Below are positions 41,755 through 51,695 of a DNA stretch of 64,000 bases, in pieces; position 1 is the first letter of the stretch; each line of letters begins with the position of its first letter. Below the pieces are notes generated by a model. The model worked only from the letters and a program-made list of their open reading frames with translations. It had not been told where the DNA came from and made no database searches. The position numbers and the translations under genes are program-made. This DNA is from Bacteroidales bacterium UBA5219 (GTDB lineage Bacteria; Bacteroidota; Bacteroidia; Bacteroidales; ML635J-15). The stretch lies in the NCBI GenBank assembly GCA_002412425.1, contig DHVB01000021.1, positions 61,195 through 125,194 of the forward strand, written 5' to 3'.

Positions 41755-44700
41755 TTAAAAACCAAATTGAACACCTAAACGTATAGTTCTAGGCGTACTG
41801 TAATTGTAAGGAGAATTTATATACATTGAGTAATAATTTCTAAATGCTTCAACATCATTTTGTGTGTTGATAGATGTTTGATAGTCTGCATAGCTCAAGT
41901 ATCCATCATCATCAGGGTTACCAGTGTAAGAATAAACTCCAAGAACATTTTTAGCATTTAGCAAGTTAGATATTTCTAAATATACGTTTAAGTCGCTATA
42001 TTTTTCTTTATTTCCACTTTCTTTTTTGTTACCTATTTTTATTCTAAAGTCTCTGTCTAAACGCATATTTATTGTAGTACGCCAAGGTTTACGAGAACCA
42101 TTTAATGAACCTACAACAGTACCACTGTTTGGTCTATTTCTTTTTGTATAAGGAGAACCAGAACCACTGTTTATAATAAAGTTAACTCCAGTATTCGCTA
42201 AAATACTTTTGCCAGCAATTTTTGGTCCGTTATAAGGAAGACCTGAAACTTTACCTCCATATCTATAGTCAACAGTTACTGCTAAATTGTGTCTTTGGTC
42301 AAAATCTAAAGGTAAAGTAGTTCTTAGATTTGGTTTATCAGACATTACGATTGCAGCACCAGAAGAGTAACTTGAACCAGTTCCATTTGCGAACTGTAAT
42401 GTATATGAAGCTCTCAAAGTTACGTTTCCTGTACGTCTCATATCATAACTAACACCAAATCCTTTAACAGTTCCAAAGTCAATGTTACCATATGTGTAGT
42501 AAGTTGCAGGATAAGCACCATAAACCGCAATAGCTTGTTGCATATCACGCATTTCACGGTAGAATGCAGAAAGTTTCAAAGCAGATGTATTTCCTAATTT
42601 TTGTTGGAACCCTAATTCATAGTCAATAGTTTTTTCTGTTTTCAAATTAGGATTATTTAATAAATCAGCATTCATTTGTCTAATATATAGATATTCAATA
42701 GGATTTAATCTGTTTGAATAGGAAGGACGTTTTGATAAAATATCATAGTGAGCAAAGAATAAAGCTTCGTCAGATATTGGGAAAGAGAAAGAAATACGTG
42801 GCATTACTACTATTTGAGGTTTGTAGTCCTCGAAAGCTTTTGTATTTAATTCTTCTTTTGGATTAATTAAATATGGTGCAATACCATTTGGTGATGCAAT
42901 AAGATTTGGGTTTTCAATTTCAATACCGCTTGAATTATACCAAACATTTCCAACACGGTAACCATTGATTGCTGTAGGATTTGATAAATCATTAACATAA
43001 ACAGTAGCTCCGTTAGGAATATTTTCTGGATGAGTTGAATTTGCTAACAAACCTAGTTCATCTGTATCTCCTAATTTATATGCATCATGTAGTAAATACT
43101 GGTCTTTTAAAACCATTTGGTTAGCATCGTAGCGGTCAACACGTACACCTAAGTTAAATATAAGGTCTTTAAACGCAAACTTATCTTGGATGTAACCAGC
43201 AACATATGAAGGCTCAAAAGGAGCGATAGGACGTGTTTTATATCCTTTTTCGTCTGTTTTGTTAAAGAAGTCGTCAAATGTTGGTTTGCTATGTAGTTTA
43301 TTACCTTGATAGTCATATCCATAATAAGCTACTACAGGACTTCCTTGGTTAAATAATTCATCAGCACTAAACCATGAAATATCAAAAGTAGATGGATCAT
43401 AAGAGTCAACATCAATCCATGTTAAATCATTTATTTCCATACCTAAACTTTCTCTGAAATATTTATCAAACCTAGATTGACCTTGAGCATTATAAAGTCT
43501 TGGGTAGTCAATAGTATCTAAGAAGTTTCCTTGGTCATCATAATATATTATAGGTTTAGAAATATCTTTTTCCAAAATATGCATGTTTGTTAATCTGCGT
43601 GCTAAAGTCCATAAGCCAAATGGAGCAACTGCATAATAAGAGTCTTTTCTTTGTTCAAACTCAAAACCTAAACTAAATTCGTGAGATTTGATATCCGCTG
43701 TTCCTGATGCAGATACTCTAAATTGTTGTCCCTCAGATTTTGCAAAGCTTGCATAAGGATTTCCTGGACTTGCGTACATTCCATAAATTGAAGGAGCTCC
43801 ATTTCCATTCATCAATCCACCATAACTTAAAAGATGGTCAACATCTTTGTAATAATAATCAGAGAAATAATCAAAATATTGTTCAGTATATCTTGCTAAG
43901 TCTTTATTTAGTTCATTTGTAGTAAAGTCGGTAATTCTATAAAAATATGTTTCAAATAAATTACCTTCTAGACCTGTAACAGAATCAATACCCCAAATAT
44001 AATATTTTTCAGGTACTGTTGTAAAATTACCAATATGACCATATTCAAAATAATTGTCTTTAAATTTTGAATTGAAATTATTGCTTGAAGATCTTGAATA
44101 GTCAAACTGTATAGTATAATATGGGTTCTTAATTACAGCAGTATCTTCTGTTCTAAATTTTTGAGTAATACGTGCGTATGTATTCCAAGCATCGGAAATA
44201 TAATTACCATTATTGTGTGAGTTGAAAAGTTGATTTCCATAGCTATATAATCTACCTGCTCCAATATCAAAAGTTCCTCCAATAGTGAAGTTTAAGTCTC
44301 TTATAGGAGAGATATCTATTTTTGCTGCAACATTGGCACCTTTACCACCAGCATTAGCTCTTGATTTATAATTTTGGAAAGCGTCTGCATGTAAATAGTC
44401 AGAGTTTTGGTAAATAATATTACCAGATTGCGACTCAATTAAACGCAAAGGATTAGTTCTAATTTCTTCTAAAACATCTGCATTTGCTCTCCATTCACCC
44501 ACTGCTGATGGTCCACCGTCTTTTACTATTCTACCTTCTGCAGCAAGTAAAAATCCAGCGATAGTTCTTTTTCTGTTAGACTCGCCTTTTTCAGTAACCG
44601 ACCAGATAGGTCCTGAAACCATTATAGCAGCAAGGTTGTAGCCATATGGGTCTAAATACTGAGAAGTAACAACTTCACCACCTCCGTAGAAGTGTGAAGA

Positions 44701-45378
44701 AGGTCCTTTAGTTGTTGCACTAATAACTCCACCAGTAACGTCTCCATATTGAGCAGGCAAACCTCCAGTAATAACTGTAACTTGCTCAATAGCAGATTTT
44801 GGAACTGCCGAGCTACCTCTTACTTTAACGCCGTCAACGTAGTAAACAGTACCTTCGGAACGAGCACCACGAATACTACCAACTTCGCCGTCTTCGGTAT
44901 AAACACCAGCAACTGTAGTTGCAACTGCTGCTGCAGAACGACCAGGCATTTTTGCAAAGTCTTCAGAAGTTACAGTTCCTCCTGATTGTGTTTGGTCTTT
45001 AGAAATTAAAGGAACTTTATATTCTTTAATTTCTACTTCACCTAAAATTTCTGCTGCTGGGTTTAAGTCAAAATTTTGGTAAACTATCTTACCAGCAATA
45101 ATTTGAACATTTGTGTATTGTAAAGTTGCGTAACCAATATAAGAAGCAGAAACGGTAAATCTTCCTGCCGGAATAGGTTTTATTGAGAAATTTCCATCGA
45201 AATCTGTCATACCTCCGGTAACAATATTTCCGTTTTCTTCAATCGTTACGTTTGCAAACGGGATTGGTTCACCTGTTGCTGCATCAGTAACTTTACCACT
45301 CAAGGTGCCCGCTGATTGAGCATACACCCCCGCACTTGTAATAAGTGCCACTAAAATAAACAGTAATTTTCGTATCAT
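41755..45378 (-). CDS. TonB-dependent receptor-like outer-membrane protein with N-terminal carboxypeptidase-regulatory-like domain (1207 aa)
   Basis: Signal peptide. GKVTDAATGEPIPFANVTI...GRFTVSASYIGY (CarboxypepD_reg-like). Plug region GSIRGARSEGTVYYVDGVKV...GGLPAQYGD. Long beta-barrel ending in the aromatic ...RLGVQFGF. Confidence 0.85.
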   Translation of the reverse strand: MIRKLLFILVALITSAGVYAQSAGTLSGKVTDAATGEPIPFANVTIEENGNIVTGGMTDFDGNFSIKPIPAGRFTVSASYIGYATLQYTNVQIIAGKIVYQNFDLNPAAEILGEVEIKEYKVPLISKDQTQSGGTVTSEDFAKMPGRSAAAVATTVAGVYTEDGEVGSIRGARSEGTVYYVDGVKVRGSSAVPKSAIEQVTVITGGLPAQYGDVTGGVISATTKGPSSHFYGGGEVVTSQYLDPYGYNLAAIMVSGPIWSVTEKGESNRKRTIAGFLLAAEGRIVKDGGPSAVGEWRANADVLEEIRTNPLRLIESQSGNIIYQNSDYLHADAFQNYKSRANAGGKGANVAAKIDISPIRDLNFTIGGTFDIGAGRLYSYGNQLFNSHNNGNYISDAWNTYARITQKFRTEDTAVIKNPYYTIQFDYSRSSSNNFNSKFKDNYFEYGHIGNFTTVPEKYYIWGIDSVTGLEGNLFETYFYRITDFTTNELNKDLARYTEQYFDYFSDYYYKDVDHLLSYGGLMNGNGAPSIYGMYASPGNPYASFAKSEGQQFRVSASGTADIKSHEFSLGFEFEQRKDSYYAVAPFGLWTLARRLTNMHILEKDISKPIIYYDDQGNFLDTIDYPRLYNAQGQSRFDKYFRESLGMEINDLTWIDVDSYDPSTFDISWFSADELFNQGSPVVAYYGYDYQGNKLHSKPTFDDFFNKTDEKGYKTRPIAPFEPSYVAGYIQDKFAFKDLIFNLGVRVDRYDANQMVLKDQYLLHDAYKLGDTDELGLLANSTHPENIPNGATVYVNDLSNPTAINGYRVGNVWYNSSGIEIENPNLIASPNGIAPYLINPKEELNTKAFEDYKPQIVVMPRISFSFPISDEALFFAHYDILSKRPSYSNRLNPIEYLYIRQMNADLLNNPNLKTEKTIDYELGFQQKLGNTSALKLSAFYREMRDMQQAIAVYGAYPATYYTYGNIDFGTVKGFGVSYDMRRTGNVTLRASYTLQFANGTGSSYSSGAAIVMSDKPNLRTTLPLDFDQRHNLAVTVDYRYGGKVSGLPYNGPKIAGKSILANTGVNFIINSGSGSPYTKRNRPNSGTVVGSLNGSRKPWRTTINMRLDRDFRIKIGNKKESGNKEKYSDLNVYLEISNLLNAKNVLGVYSYTGNPDDDGYLSYADYQTSINTQNDVEAFRNYYSMYINSPYNYSTPRTIRLGVQFGF

Positions 45379-45527
45379 AATAAAGTTTTACTTTAAACTA
45401 AGTTTGAAAAAGTGTAAAAATAGAATAGTTTTTTTTATTAACCAAAAAAAAACGCCTCAAAATAAATTATTTTTTTAAAGATATACATAAGTACTTAATA
45501 ATAAGACAAATCATAAAATCATATATT

Positions 45528-45878
45528 TTATTCTCTAGTATATTTTGCTGATTTTTTTGATTTTTTCATTCTTTTATAAGTACGTTTGCCATCTACTACG
45601 TCTTTACCACCACCATTAATTAATTTATTATGTTTTTTTACAGCTTTTTTATGTAATCTTGCATCTCTTTTCTTTTTTTTAGCATCTTTTTTTGCTTTGT
45701 TTTTTTCAATTTTCATGACTAATCTTTCTTCAGGAGAAGGTCGATAACGTTTCTGCCTTAAAGATTTCATATGTTTTTCATTGTCAATGCTTCGTATGTT
45801 TTGACTAAAACTTGTTGATGAACATAAAATGAAATTTATTATTAGTAAGATTTGTATTATTTTTCTTAACTTTGCCAT
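45528..45878 (-). CDS. small secreted polybasic protein (116 aa)
   Basis: Signal peptide, then about 90 residues of which I count about 35 as K or R. No family recognised. Confidence 0.45.
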   Translation of the reverse strand: MAKLRKIIQILLIINFILCSSTSFSQNIRSIDNEKHMKSLRQKRYRPSPEERLVMKIEKNKAKKDAKKKKRDARLHKKAVKKHNKLINGGGKDVVDGKRTYKRMKKSKKSAKYTRE

Positions 45879-45893
45879 AAAATTAAATTAGAA

Positions 45894-46334
45894 ATGAAAG
45901 TATATATTGCAAAGATAATCATTTTTTTTACATGTGTAGGTTTTTTTACAATAATTCCTGCATGTGAAAATGAAGAGCGTATTCCTTATGCTTATGTAGA
46001 TTTTATTCTTTATTTAGATATGCCTCAATATTTTGAAGTAAGAACACCTGGTAATTATCTTTATCTTACAGGTGGAGTAAAAGGCATTATTCTGTATTGT
46101 GAATATGCAGATTCTTATAGAGCTTATGAAAGAAATTGTCCATATAAACCTTCTGACCCAAATGCTATATTAGAGGTTGATTCTACTGGGTTATTTTTGG
46201 TTTGCCGGCACTGCGAATCTAAATTTTTAATAATGGACGGAAGTGTTGTTAATGGACCTGCTAAATATCCAGTATTGCAATATGCTACCTATTTAGAAGG
46301 CGGAAATAGATTGAGTGTCTTTAATGCTTTTTAA
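45894..46334 (+). CDS. hypothetical lipoprotein, degenerate Rieske-like fold
   Basis: Lipobox-like FFTIIPAC. CPYKP...CRHCESKF...DGSVVNGPA resembles a Rieske-domain layout but lacks the two His ligands. Confidence 0.5.
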   Translation: MKVYIAKIIIFFTCVGFFTIIPACENEERIPYAYVDFILYLDMPQYFEVRTPGNYLYLTGGVKGIILYCEYADSYRAYERNCPYKPSDPNAILEVDSTGLFLVCRHCESKFLIMDGSVVNGPAKYPVLQYATYLEGGNRLSVFNAF

Positions 46335-46347
46335 AACGAAATAAAAA

Positions 46348-46378
46348 AGAGGCTGTTTTTACTTTTGAGACAGCCTCT
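46348..46378. terminator. bidirectional rho-independent terminator
   Basis: aaaaa-AGAGGCTGT-(13 nt loop)-ACAGCCTCT-tttttt between convergent genes ending at 46334 (+) and 46404 (-). Confidence 0.75.
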
Positions 46379-46403
46379 TTTTTTATCATTTACTAAATTT
46401 GTT

Positions 46404-47819
46404 TTAATATCTATAATGTTCAGGTTTGAATGGTCCTTCTACAGGAACACCAATATAATCAGCCTGTTCTTTTGTTAGTTTTGTTAATCTTACACCAATT
46501 TGTTCTAAATGAAGGCGTGCAACTTCTTCGTCAAGGTGTTTTGGTAAGCGATAAACTCCAACTTCATATTTATTTTGCCATAAATCTAATTGAGCAAGAG
46601 TTTGATTTGAGAAAGAGTTACTCATAACAAAAGAAGGATGACCTGTAGCACAACCTAAGTTTACTAAACGTCCTTCTGCTAAAAGGAATATAGAATTTCC
46701 ATTTTCAAAAGTATATTTGTCAACTTGTGGTTTTATTGTTGTTCTTTTTGCTCCTTTGTAGTTATTAAGGTTATCAACTTGAATTTCATTATCAAAGTGT
46801 CCAATATTACATACAATAGCTTGATCTTTCATTTGTTTCATATGTTCAAGCGTGATAACATCTCTGTTGCCTGTAGTGGTAACATAAATATTTCCTTCGT
46901 TAAATGTGTCTTCAATTCTTGCAACTTCAAAACCTTCCATTGCTGCTTGTAATGCACAAATTGGGTCTATTTCAGTAACAATTACTCTAGCTCCATATCC
47001 TTTCATTGAGCGAGCACAGCCTTTTCCAACATCGCCAAAACCTAAAACAACAACAACTTTTCCAGCAATCATAACATCTGTAGCTCTTTTAATTCCGTCT
47101 GCTAAAGATTCATGGCAACCATAAAGATTATCAAATTTTGATTTTGTAACTGAGTCGTTTACATTAATTGTAGGAACTAAAAGTTCTCCTTTTTCCATCA
47201 TTTGATATAAACGATGAACTCCTGTTGTTGTTTCTTCTGAAATTCCTTTTAACTCTTTAACAGTTCTAGTCCATTTTGAATTATCAACAGCTAAAACTTT
47301 TTTTAAGGTTTCTAAAATTATTCTTTCTTCATCGCTTCCAGGTTTTTTGTCAAGAGTTGAAGCATTTTTTTCTGCATAATATCCTTTATGCACCATTAAA
47401 GTAGCATCTCCACCATCATCTACTATCAAATTTGGACCTAAACCTCCTGGGAAAGAAAGTGCTTGTAAAGTACACCACCAATATTCTTCTAAGGTTTCGC
47501 CTTTCCAAGCAAAAACAGGAATGCCAGCCTTTGCCATTGCAGCAGCAGCATGGTCTTGAGTAGAAAAAATATTACAACTTGCCCATCTTACATCGGAACC
47601 AAGCTCTTTTAAAGTTTCGATTAAAACTGCTGTTTGAATTGTCATGTGCAAAGAACCTGTAATGCGAGCACCTTTTAAAGGTTTAGAACCTGCATATTTT
47701 TTGCGGACACTCATAAGTCCTGGCATTTCTTTTTCTGCAATTTCAATTTCTTTACGACCCCAATCAGCTAGGTTGATGTCTTTAATTTTGTATGGTAATG
47801 AGCTAATCAATTCGTTCAT
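46404..47819 (-). CDS. ahcY: adenosylhomocysteinase
   Basis: [28 protein letters not shown] site [15 protein letters not shown] motifs. Confidence 0.95.
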   Translation of the reverse strand: MNELISSLPYKIKDINLADWGRKEIEIAEKEMPGLMSVRKKYAGSKPLKGARITGSLHMTIQTAVLIETLKELGSDVRWASCNIFSTQDHAAAAMAKAGIPVFAWKGETLEEYWWCTLQALSFPGGLGPNLIVDDGGDATLMVHKGYYAEKNASTLDKKPGSDEERIILETLKKVLAVDNSKWTRTVKELKGISEETTTGVHRLYQMMEKGELLVPTINVNDSVTKSKFDNLYGCHESLADGIKRATDVMIAGKVVVVLGFGDVGKGCARSMKGYGARVIVTEIDPICALQAAMEGFEVARIEDTFNEGNIYVTTTGNRDVITLEHMKQMKDQAIVCNIGHFDNEIQVDNLNNYKGAKRTTIKPQVDKYTFENGNSIFLLAEGRLVNLGCATGHPSFVMSNSFSNQTLAQLDLWQNKYEVGVYRLPKHLDEEVARLHLEQIGVRLTKLTKEQADYIGVPVEGPFKPEHYRY

Positions 47820-47889
47820 AATATTATGTAATTTAATGTTTTATGTTTAAAATTAAAAATAATAAGACTGCAAAATTATATGTTTTTAT

Positions 47890-48807
47890 TTAAAATCCCA
47901 AATTTTTTGAAAAATAGGCTAAAGTTTCTTCTTGGTCTTTTTTGATTTGTGTTATTAAATCATCTATGTTTTCATATTTTATTTCGTCTCTCATTTTTTT
48001 TATAAATTCGATTGTAACTTGCTTTCCATACAAATCGCCTTCGTAATTTGGAATATGAAATTCTAGACTTAGTTCTTTACCATCAAAACTTGGACGTGTT
48101 CCTTTGCTTAGCATTGCGGGATAAGATTTTTTGTCAAAATACGCTTTTGCAACATAAACTCCATTAGGTGGCTGTATTTTGTCTTGGTCTGAAACTTCTA
48201 AATTGGCTGTTGGAAATCCTAATTTGCGTCCAATTTGATAACCACTAATTATGTTGCCCGAAAGTTTATAATTATAGCCCAACATTTTATTAGCTTTTTC
48301 TAAGTCGCCTTGTGTAATACATTCACGAATTTGAGAAGAATTGATGTTTGTAAATTCTTCAAATTCAAACTTTTGCAATCGCTTAACAGGTATAGCAAAT
48401 TCGCTTTCGGGTTTTGAAGTGGAATTTTTATTCCCAAAATGATTGTTGTAACCCATTATTATAGATGAGCATGAAAGTTTTTCTTTTAAAATATTTTCCA
48501 CAAACATATTTGCAGATAAAGAAGCAAGCTCTTCGTTAAAATCTAAAATTAAAACATTTTTTATTCCAAGTCCCTCAAGAAGTACGATTTTTTCGTTAAG
48601 AGTATTTAGTAAACTTATATTTTTACCAAAATATTTTGCAGGGTGGGGCCAAAGTGTGATAACAAGCTCTTCTTGATTTTTTGAGTTAGCTTCATTCATT
48701 AGCTGTTTCAATAAGTAAACATGTCCTTTATGAACACCATCAAAAAAACCTATGCTTACCACACAATTTTTTGGAATATTTTTGTTTATATTTGTAAAAA
48801 CTTTCAA
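47890..48807 (-). CDS. ribF: bifunctional riboflavin kinase / FMN adenylyltransferase
   Basis: GFFDGVHKGH nucleotidyltransferase motif. GFPTANL and the riboflavin kinase C-terminal half. Confidence 0.9.
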   Translation of the reverse strand: MKVFTNINKNIPKNCVVSIGFFDGVHKGHVYLLKQLMNEANSKNQEELVITLWPHPAKYFGKNISLLNTLNEKIVLLEGLGIKNVLILDFNEELASLSANMFVENILKEKLSCSSIIMGYNNHFGNKNSTSKPESEFAIPVKRLQKFEFEEFTNINSSQIRECITQGDLEKANKMLGYNYKLSGNIISGYQIGRKLGFPTANLEVSDQDKIQPPNGVYVAKAYFDKKSYPAMLSKGTRPSFDGKELSLEFHIPNYEGDLYGKQVTIEFIKKMRDEIKYENIDDLITQIKKDQEETLAYFSKNLGF

Positions 48808-48832
48808 AACATTTTTTTTGCAAAAATATAAA

Positions 48833-50038
48833 ATGAAAATTAATTACACATATTTATCTCTGAATAAATCTCGCACATTAATATTAATGGTATTAATATT
48901 ATTGAGTTTTGTTTTTTTGTTGTCTATTATTTCTTGTAAAAATAATCATAAACAGGTCGAAATTTTTGGAATAATCGAAAATGCTGAAAATAAAGAAATT
49001 TATTTAGAAATGCTATTGCCAGGTCAAATTAAGCCTCTTGTTCAAACTGAAATAAATGAAAAAGGCGAGTTTAAATTTGAATTAGATTCTTTACAAACTT
49101 GTTTTTACAGATTAAAAATAGATGAAAGAAACACTATTTATTTAAGATTAAATCCAAATGATGAAATTGAGATTAATGCTAGTTATCCGAATATTCAAGC
49201 AAATTATTCTATAGATGGTTCTGAAGAAAGCAAAAATCTAAAAGAGCTAAATATGTATTTAATGAAAAGTACAAAAAGGTTAAATGAAATAAACGACCAA
49301 ATTGTTGCAGCTTACAAAATTCCGAATTATGATGTTGATTCTCTCATCGAGGTTTTAAATGTTGAGGCGAGAGCTATGTATAAAAACGATAAAGAGTTTT
49401 TAATTAATTTTATTAAAAAACATAATGAATCTGTGATTATTTATTTTGCTCTTTATCAATATGTTAGCATTTCGCCAATTTTAATAATAGACCAAGATAT
49501 AGAAATTTTTCAATTTGTATTAGAAGAATTAAAAAAACATAATCCAGAATTTGAACAAATAGCTTTATTAGAGTCTGAAATTTCAAAAGAGCTTTTACGA
49601 CAACAACAGTTTAATAGGGAATACGGGAAATTAGAAATTGGAAAACCTGTAGTTGATTTTGATTTGCCTGATATTAATGGGAATAGAGTTTCGTTGTCTA
49701 AATTTAAAAATCAAAAAATTATTCTTGCGTTTTGGTCATCGTGGAATAAAGTGTCTTTAAATGCAGTGCTTGGGCTAAGCAAAAAATTAGAAAATCAAGA
49801 TGTGGTTTTAATTTTGATAGCTTTGGATAATGCAAAAGATAAATGGGAGACAGCGGTTAAAAATAATTTTTTGGAAAAACATATTAATTTATCTGATTTA
49901 AAAGCTTGGGAAAGTCCAGTTGCAAAAATTTATGCAGTAAAATCAATTCCAAGTTTTTTATTAATTGACGAAAATCAAAATCTCGTTGCAATAAGTGATG
50001 ATTATAATGAAATTATTGATAATTTAAACAAAAATTAA
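48833..50038 (+). CDS. TlpA/AhpC-like thioredoxin-fold lipoprotein lacking the CxxC active site
   Basis: Start placed at the ATG (MKINYTYLS...), because the ORF-track start overlaps ribF. Signal/lipobox ...SIISC. The C-terminal thioredoxin fold reads ILAFWSSWNKVS where the family has FWASWCxPC. Confidence 0.7.
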   Translation: MKINYTYLSLNKSRTLILMVLILLSFVFLLSIISCKNNHKQVEIFGIIENAENKEIYLEMLLPGQIKPLVQTEINEKGEFKFELDSLQTCFYRLKIDERNTIYLRLNPNDEIEINASYPNIQANYSIDGSEESKNLKELNMYLMKSTKRLNEINDQIVAAYKIPNYDVDSLIEVLNVEARAMYKNDKEFLINFIKKHNESVIIYFALYQYVSISPILIIDQDIEIFQFVLEELKKHNPEFEQIALLESEISKELLRQQQFNREYGKLEIGKPVVDFDLPDINGNRVSLSKFKNQKIILAFWSSWNKVSLNAVLGLSKKLENQDVVLILIALDNAKDKWETAVKNNFLEKHINLSDLKAWESPVAKIYAVKSIPSFLLIDENQNLVAISDDYNEIIDNLNKN

Positions 50039-50085
50039 AAACCCATTATAATTTAATTTATCTTTGAGGCGTTTTTATAAACAAT

Positions 50086-50853
50086 TTGAATTTTGTTTTG
50101 AAAGAAAAAAATAAAATATACTTTGTTTCAGACTCTCACTTCGGAATTGCTTATGATAAATATAGTTCTGAATTTCGAGAAGAATTAATGTTGTCGTGGT
50201 TGGACGAAATCAAAAGCGATGCACTAGAACTACATTTGTGTGGAGATATGTTTGATTTTTGGTTCGAGTATAAATATTTAGTTCCACGAGGCTTTACGAG
50301 GCTTTTTGCAAAACTTAGAGAATTATCTGATTTAGGTGTAAAACTTTATTATTATCTTGGGAATCATGATATGTGGACCTTCGGTTATATTGAAGAAACT
50401 ATAGGTGCAAAAGTTTTCAAAGGAGTTAATCTGAAAGAAATAAACGGCAAAATTTTTTACATAGGGCATGGCGATGGACTTGGACCTTATGACAAAAAAT
50501 ACAATTTTTTAAAAAAAATATTTTCTTCTAAGTTTATGCAATTCATGTTTAGGTTAGTTCATCCTTCAATATCTTTTAGGATTGCAACAAACTGGTCGTC
50601 TTCAAGTCGCAAAAAACATAAATATCCTAAACAGGTTGATTTCGAAAAAGAATGGCTTGTTAGATATGCAAGAACTGTACTCGAAAATCAAAAAATCGAT
50701 TATTTTATTTTTGGACATAGACATATTCCTTTTCAATATAATTTGAACGCAAACACTTTGTTTACAAATTTAGGCGACTGGCTTTTTAATTTCACTTATG
50801 CTGTTTATGATGGCGAAAATCTTTTATTGAAAACTTATGAAAAAGCCGAGTAA
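50086..50853 (+). CDS. lpxH: UDP-2,3-diacylglucosamine diphosphatase
   Basis: Calcineurin-like metallophosphoesterase motifs SDSHFG, GDMFDFW, GNHD, GHGD, GHRH with LpxH-like length. TTG start; an alternative TTG lies at 50098. Confidence 0.8.
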   Translation: MNFVLKEKNKIYFVSDSHFGIAYDKYSSEFREELMLSWLDEIKSDALELHLCGDMFDFWFEYKYLVPRGFTRLFAKLRELSDLGVKLYYYLGNHDMWTFGYIEETIGAKVFKGVNLKEINGKIFYIGHGDGLGPYDKKYNFLKKIFSSKFMQFMFRLVHPSISFRIATNWSSSSRKKHKYPKQVDFEKEWLVRYARTVLENQKIDYFIFGHRHIPFQYNLNANTLFTNLGDWLFNFTYAVYDGENLLLKTYEKAE

Positions 50854-50965
50854 TTTATTTTTAAAAACTCATCAATACATAAAATCTTCAAAAAGAATTT
50901 AATTTGGCAAATTTTTTGTTATTTTTACAACTTGAAAATGGTTTAATTTTAAAATAAATAAAAAT

Positions 50966-51619
50966 ATGAAAAAGATTTTTTACTTGGTATTAGTGGTTTT
51001 TGGATTTTCTTGTTTTGCAAATGCTCAAAGCACAAAAGTTTTAATTGAAACAAGCATGGGAGATATGACAGTAGTGCTTTACGACGACACTCCTGAACAT
51101 CGTGATAATTTTATAAAATTAGCTAACGAAGGTTTTTACGAAGATTTGCTTTTTCATCGTGTGATAAATGGTTTTATGATACAAGGTGGAGACCCTGATT
51201 CCAAAGGAGCTGCTCCAAACAAACCTTTAGGAAATGGTGGACCAGGCTATACAATACCAGCTGAATTTAATCCAAAATATATTCATAAAAAAGGAGCTTT
51301 AGCAGCTGCTAGAACTGGCGACCATGTAAATCCAGAAAGACGAAGTTCAGGTTCACAATTTTATATAGTTCAAGGTGCAAAATATACCGATATGCAAATG
51401 GATAGCATGGAAAAACAGTTTAGAAGAAAATTTACAGACAAAGATAGAGATACTTATGCTACTATTGGCGGAACTCCTCATTTAGATACTCAATACACAG
51501 TATTTGGAGAAGTTGTGAAAGGATTAGAAGTAATTGATAAAATTGCAAGCGTAAAAACTTATCCTGGCGATAGACCAGTTGAAGATGTTAAAATATTGAA
51601 AGTGAGTGTGATAAAATAA
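50966..51619 (+). CDS. secreted cyclophilin-type peptidyl-prolyl cis-trans isomerase
   Basis: Signal peptide. FHRVINGFMIQGGDP and SQFYIV motifs. Confidence 0.92.
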   Translation: MKKIFYLVLVVFGFSCFANAQSTKVLIETSMGDMTVVLYDDTPEHRDNFIKLANEGFYEDLLFHRVINGFMIQGGDPDSKGAAPNKPLGNGGPGYTIPAEFNPKYIHKKGALAAARTGDHVNPERRSSGSQFYIVQGAKYTDMQMDSMEKQFRRKFTDKDRDTYATIGGTPHLDTQYTVFGEVVKGLEVIDKIASVKTYPGDRPVEDVKILKVSVIK

Positions 51620-51695
51620 TTTTTTTAATCACTAAAAAAACAATTTCTTTCTTAATTTTAAAATAAAAATCACAAAACTATATTGTGAAAATAAT

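Noticed and set aside
47820-47889. Looked for riboswitches: SAH upstream of ahcY, FMN upstream of ribE (57721-57762), and TPP upstream of thiL (55594-55666).
   Set aside because: These leaders are 42-73 nt long and almost pure A/T, with no conserved riboswitch cores visible.
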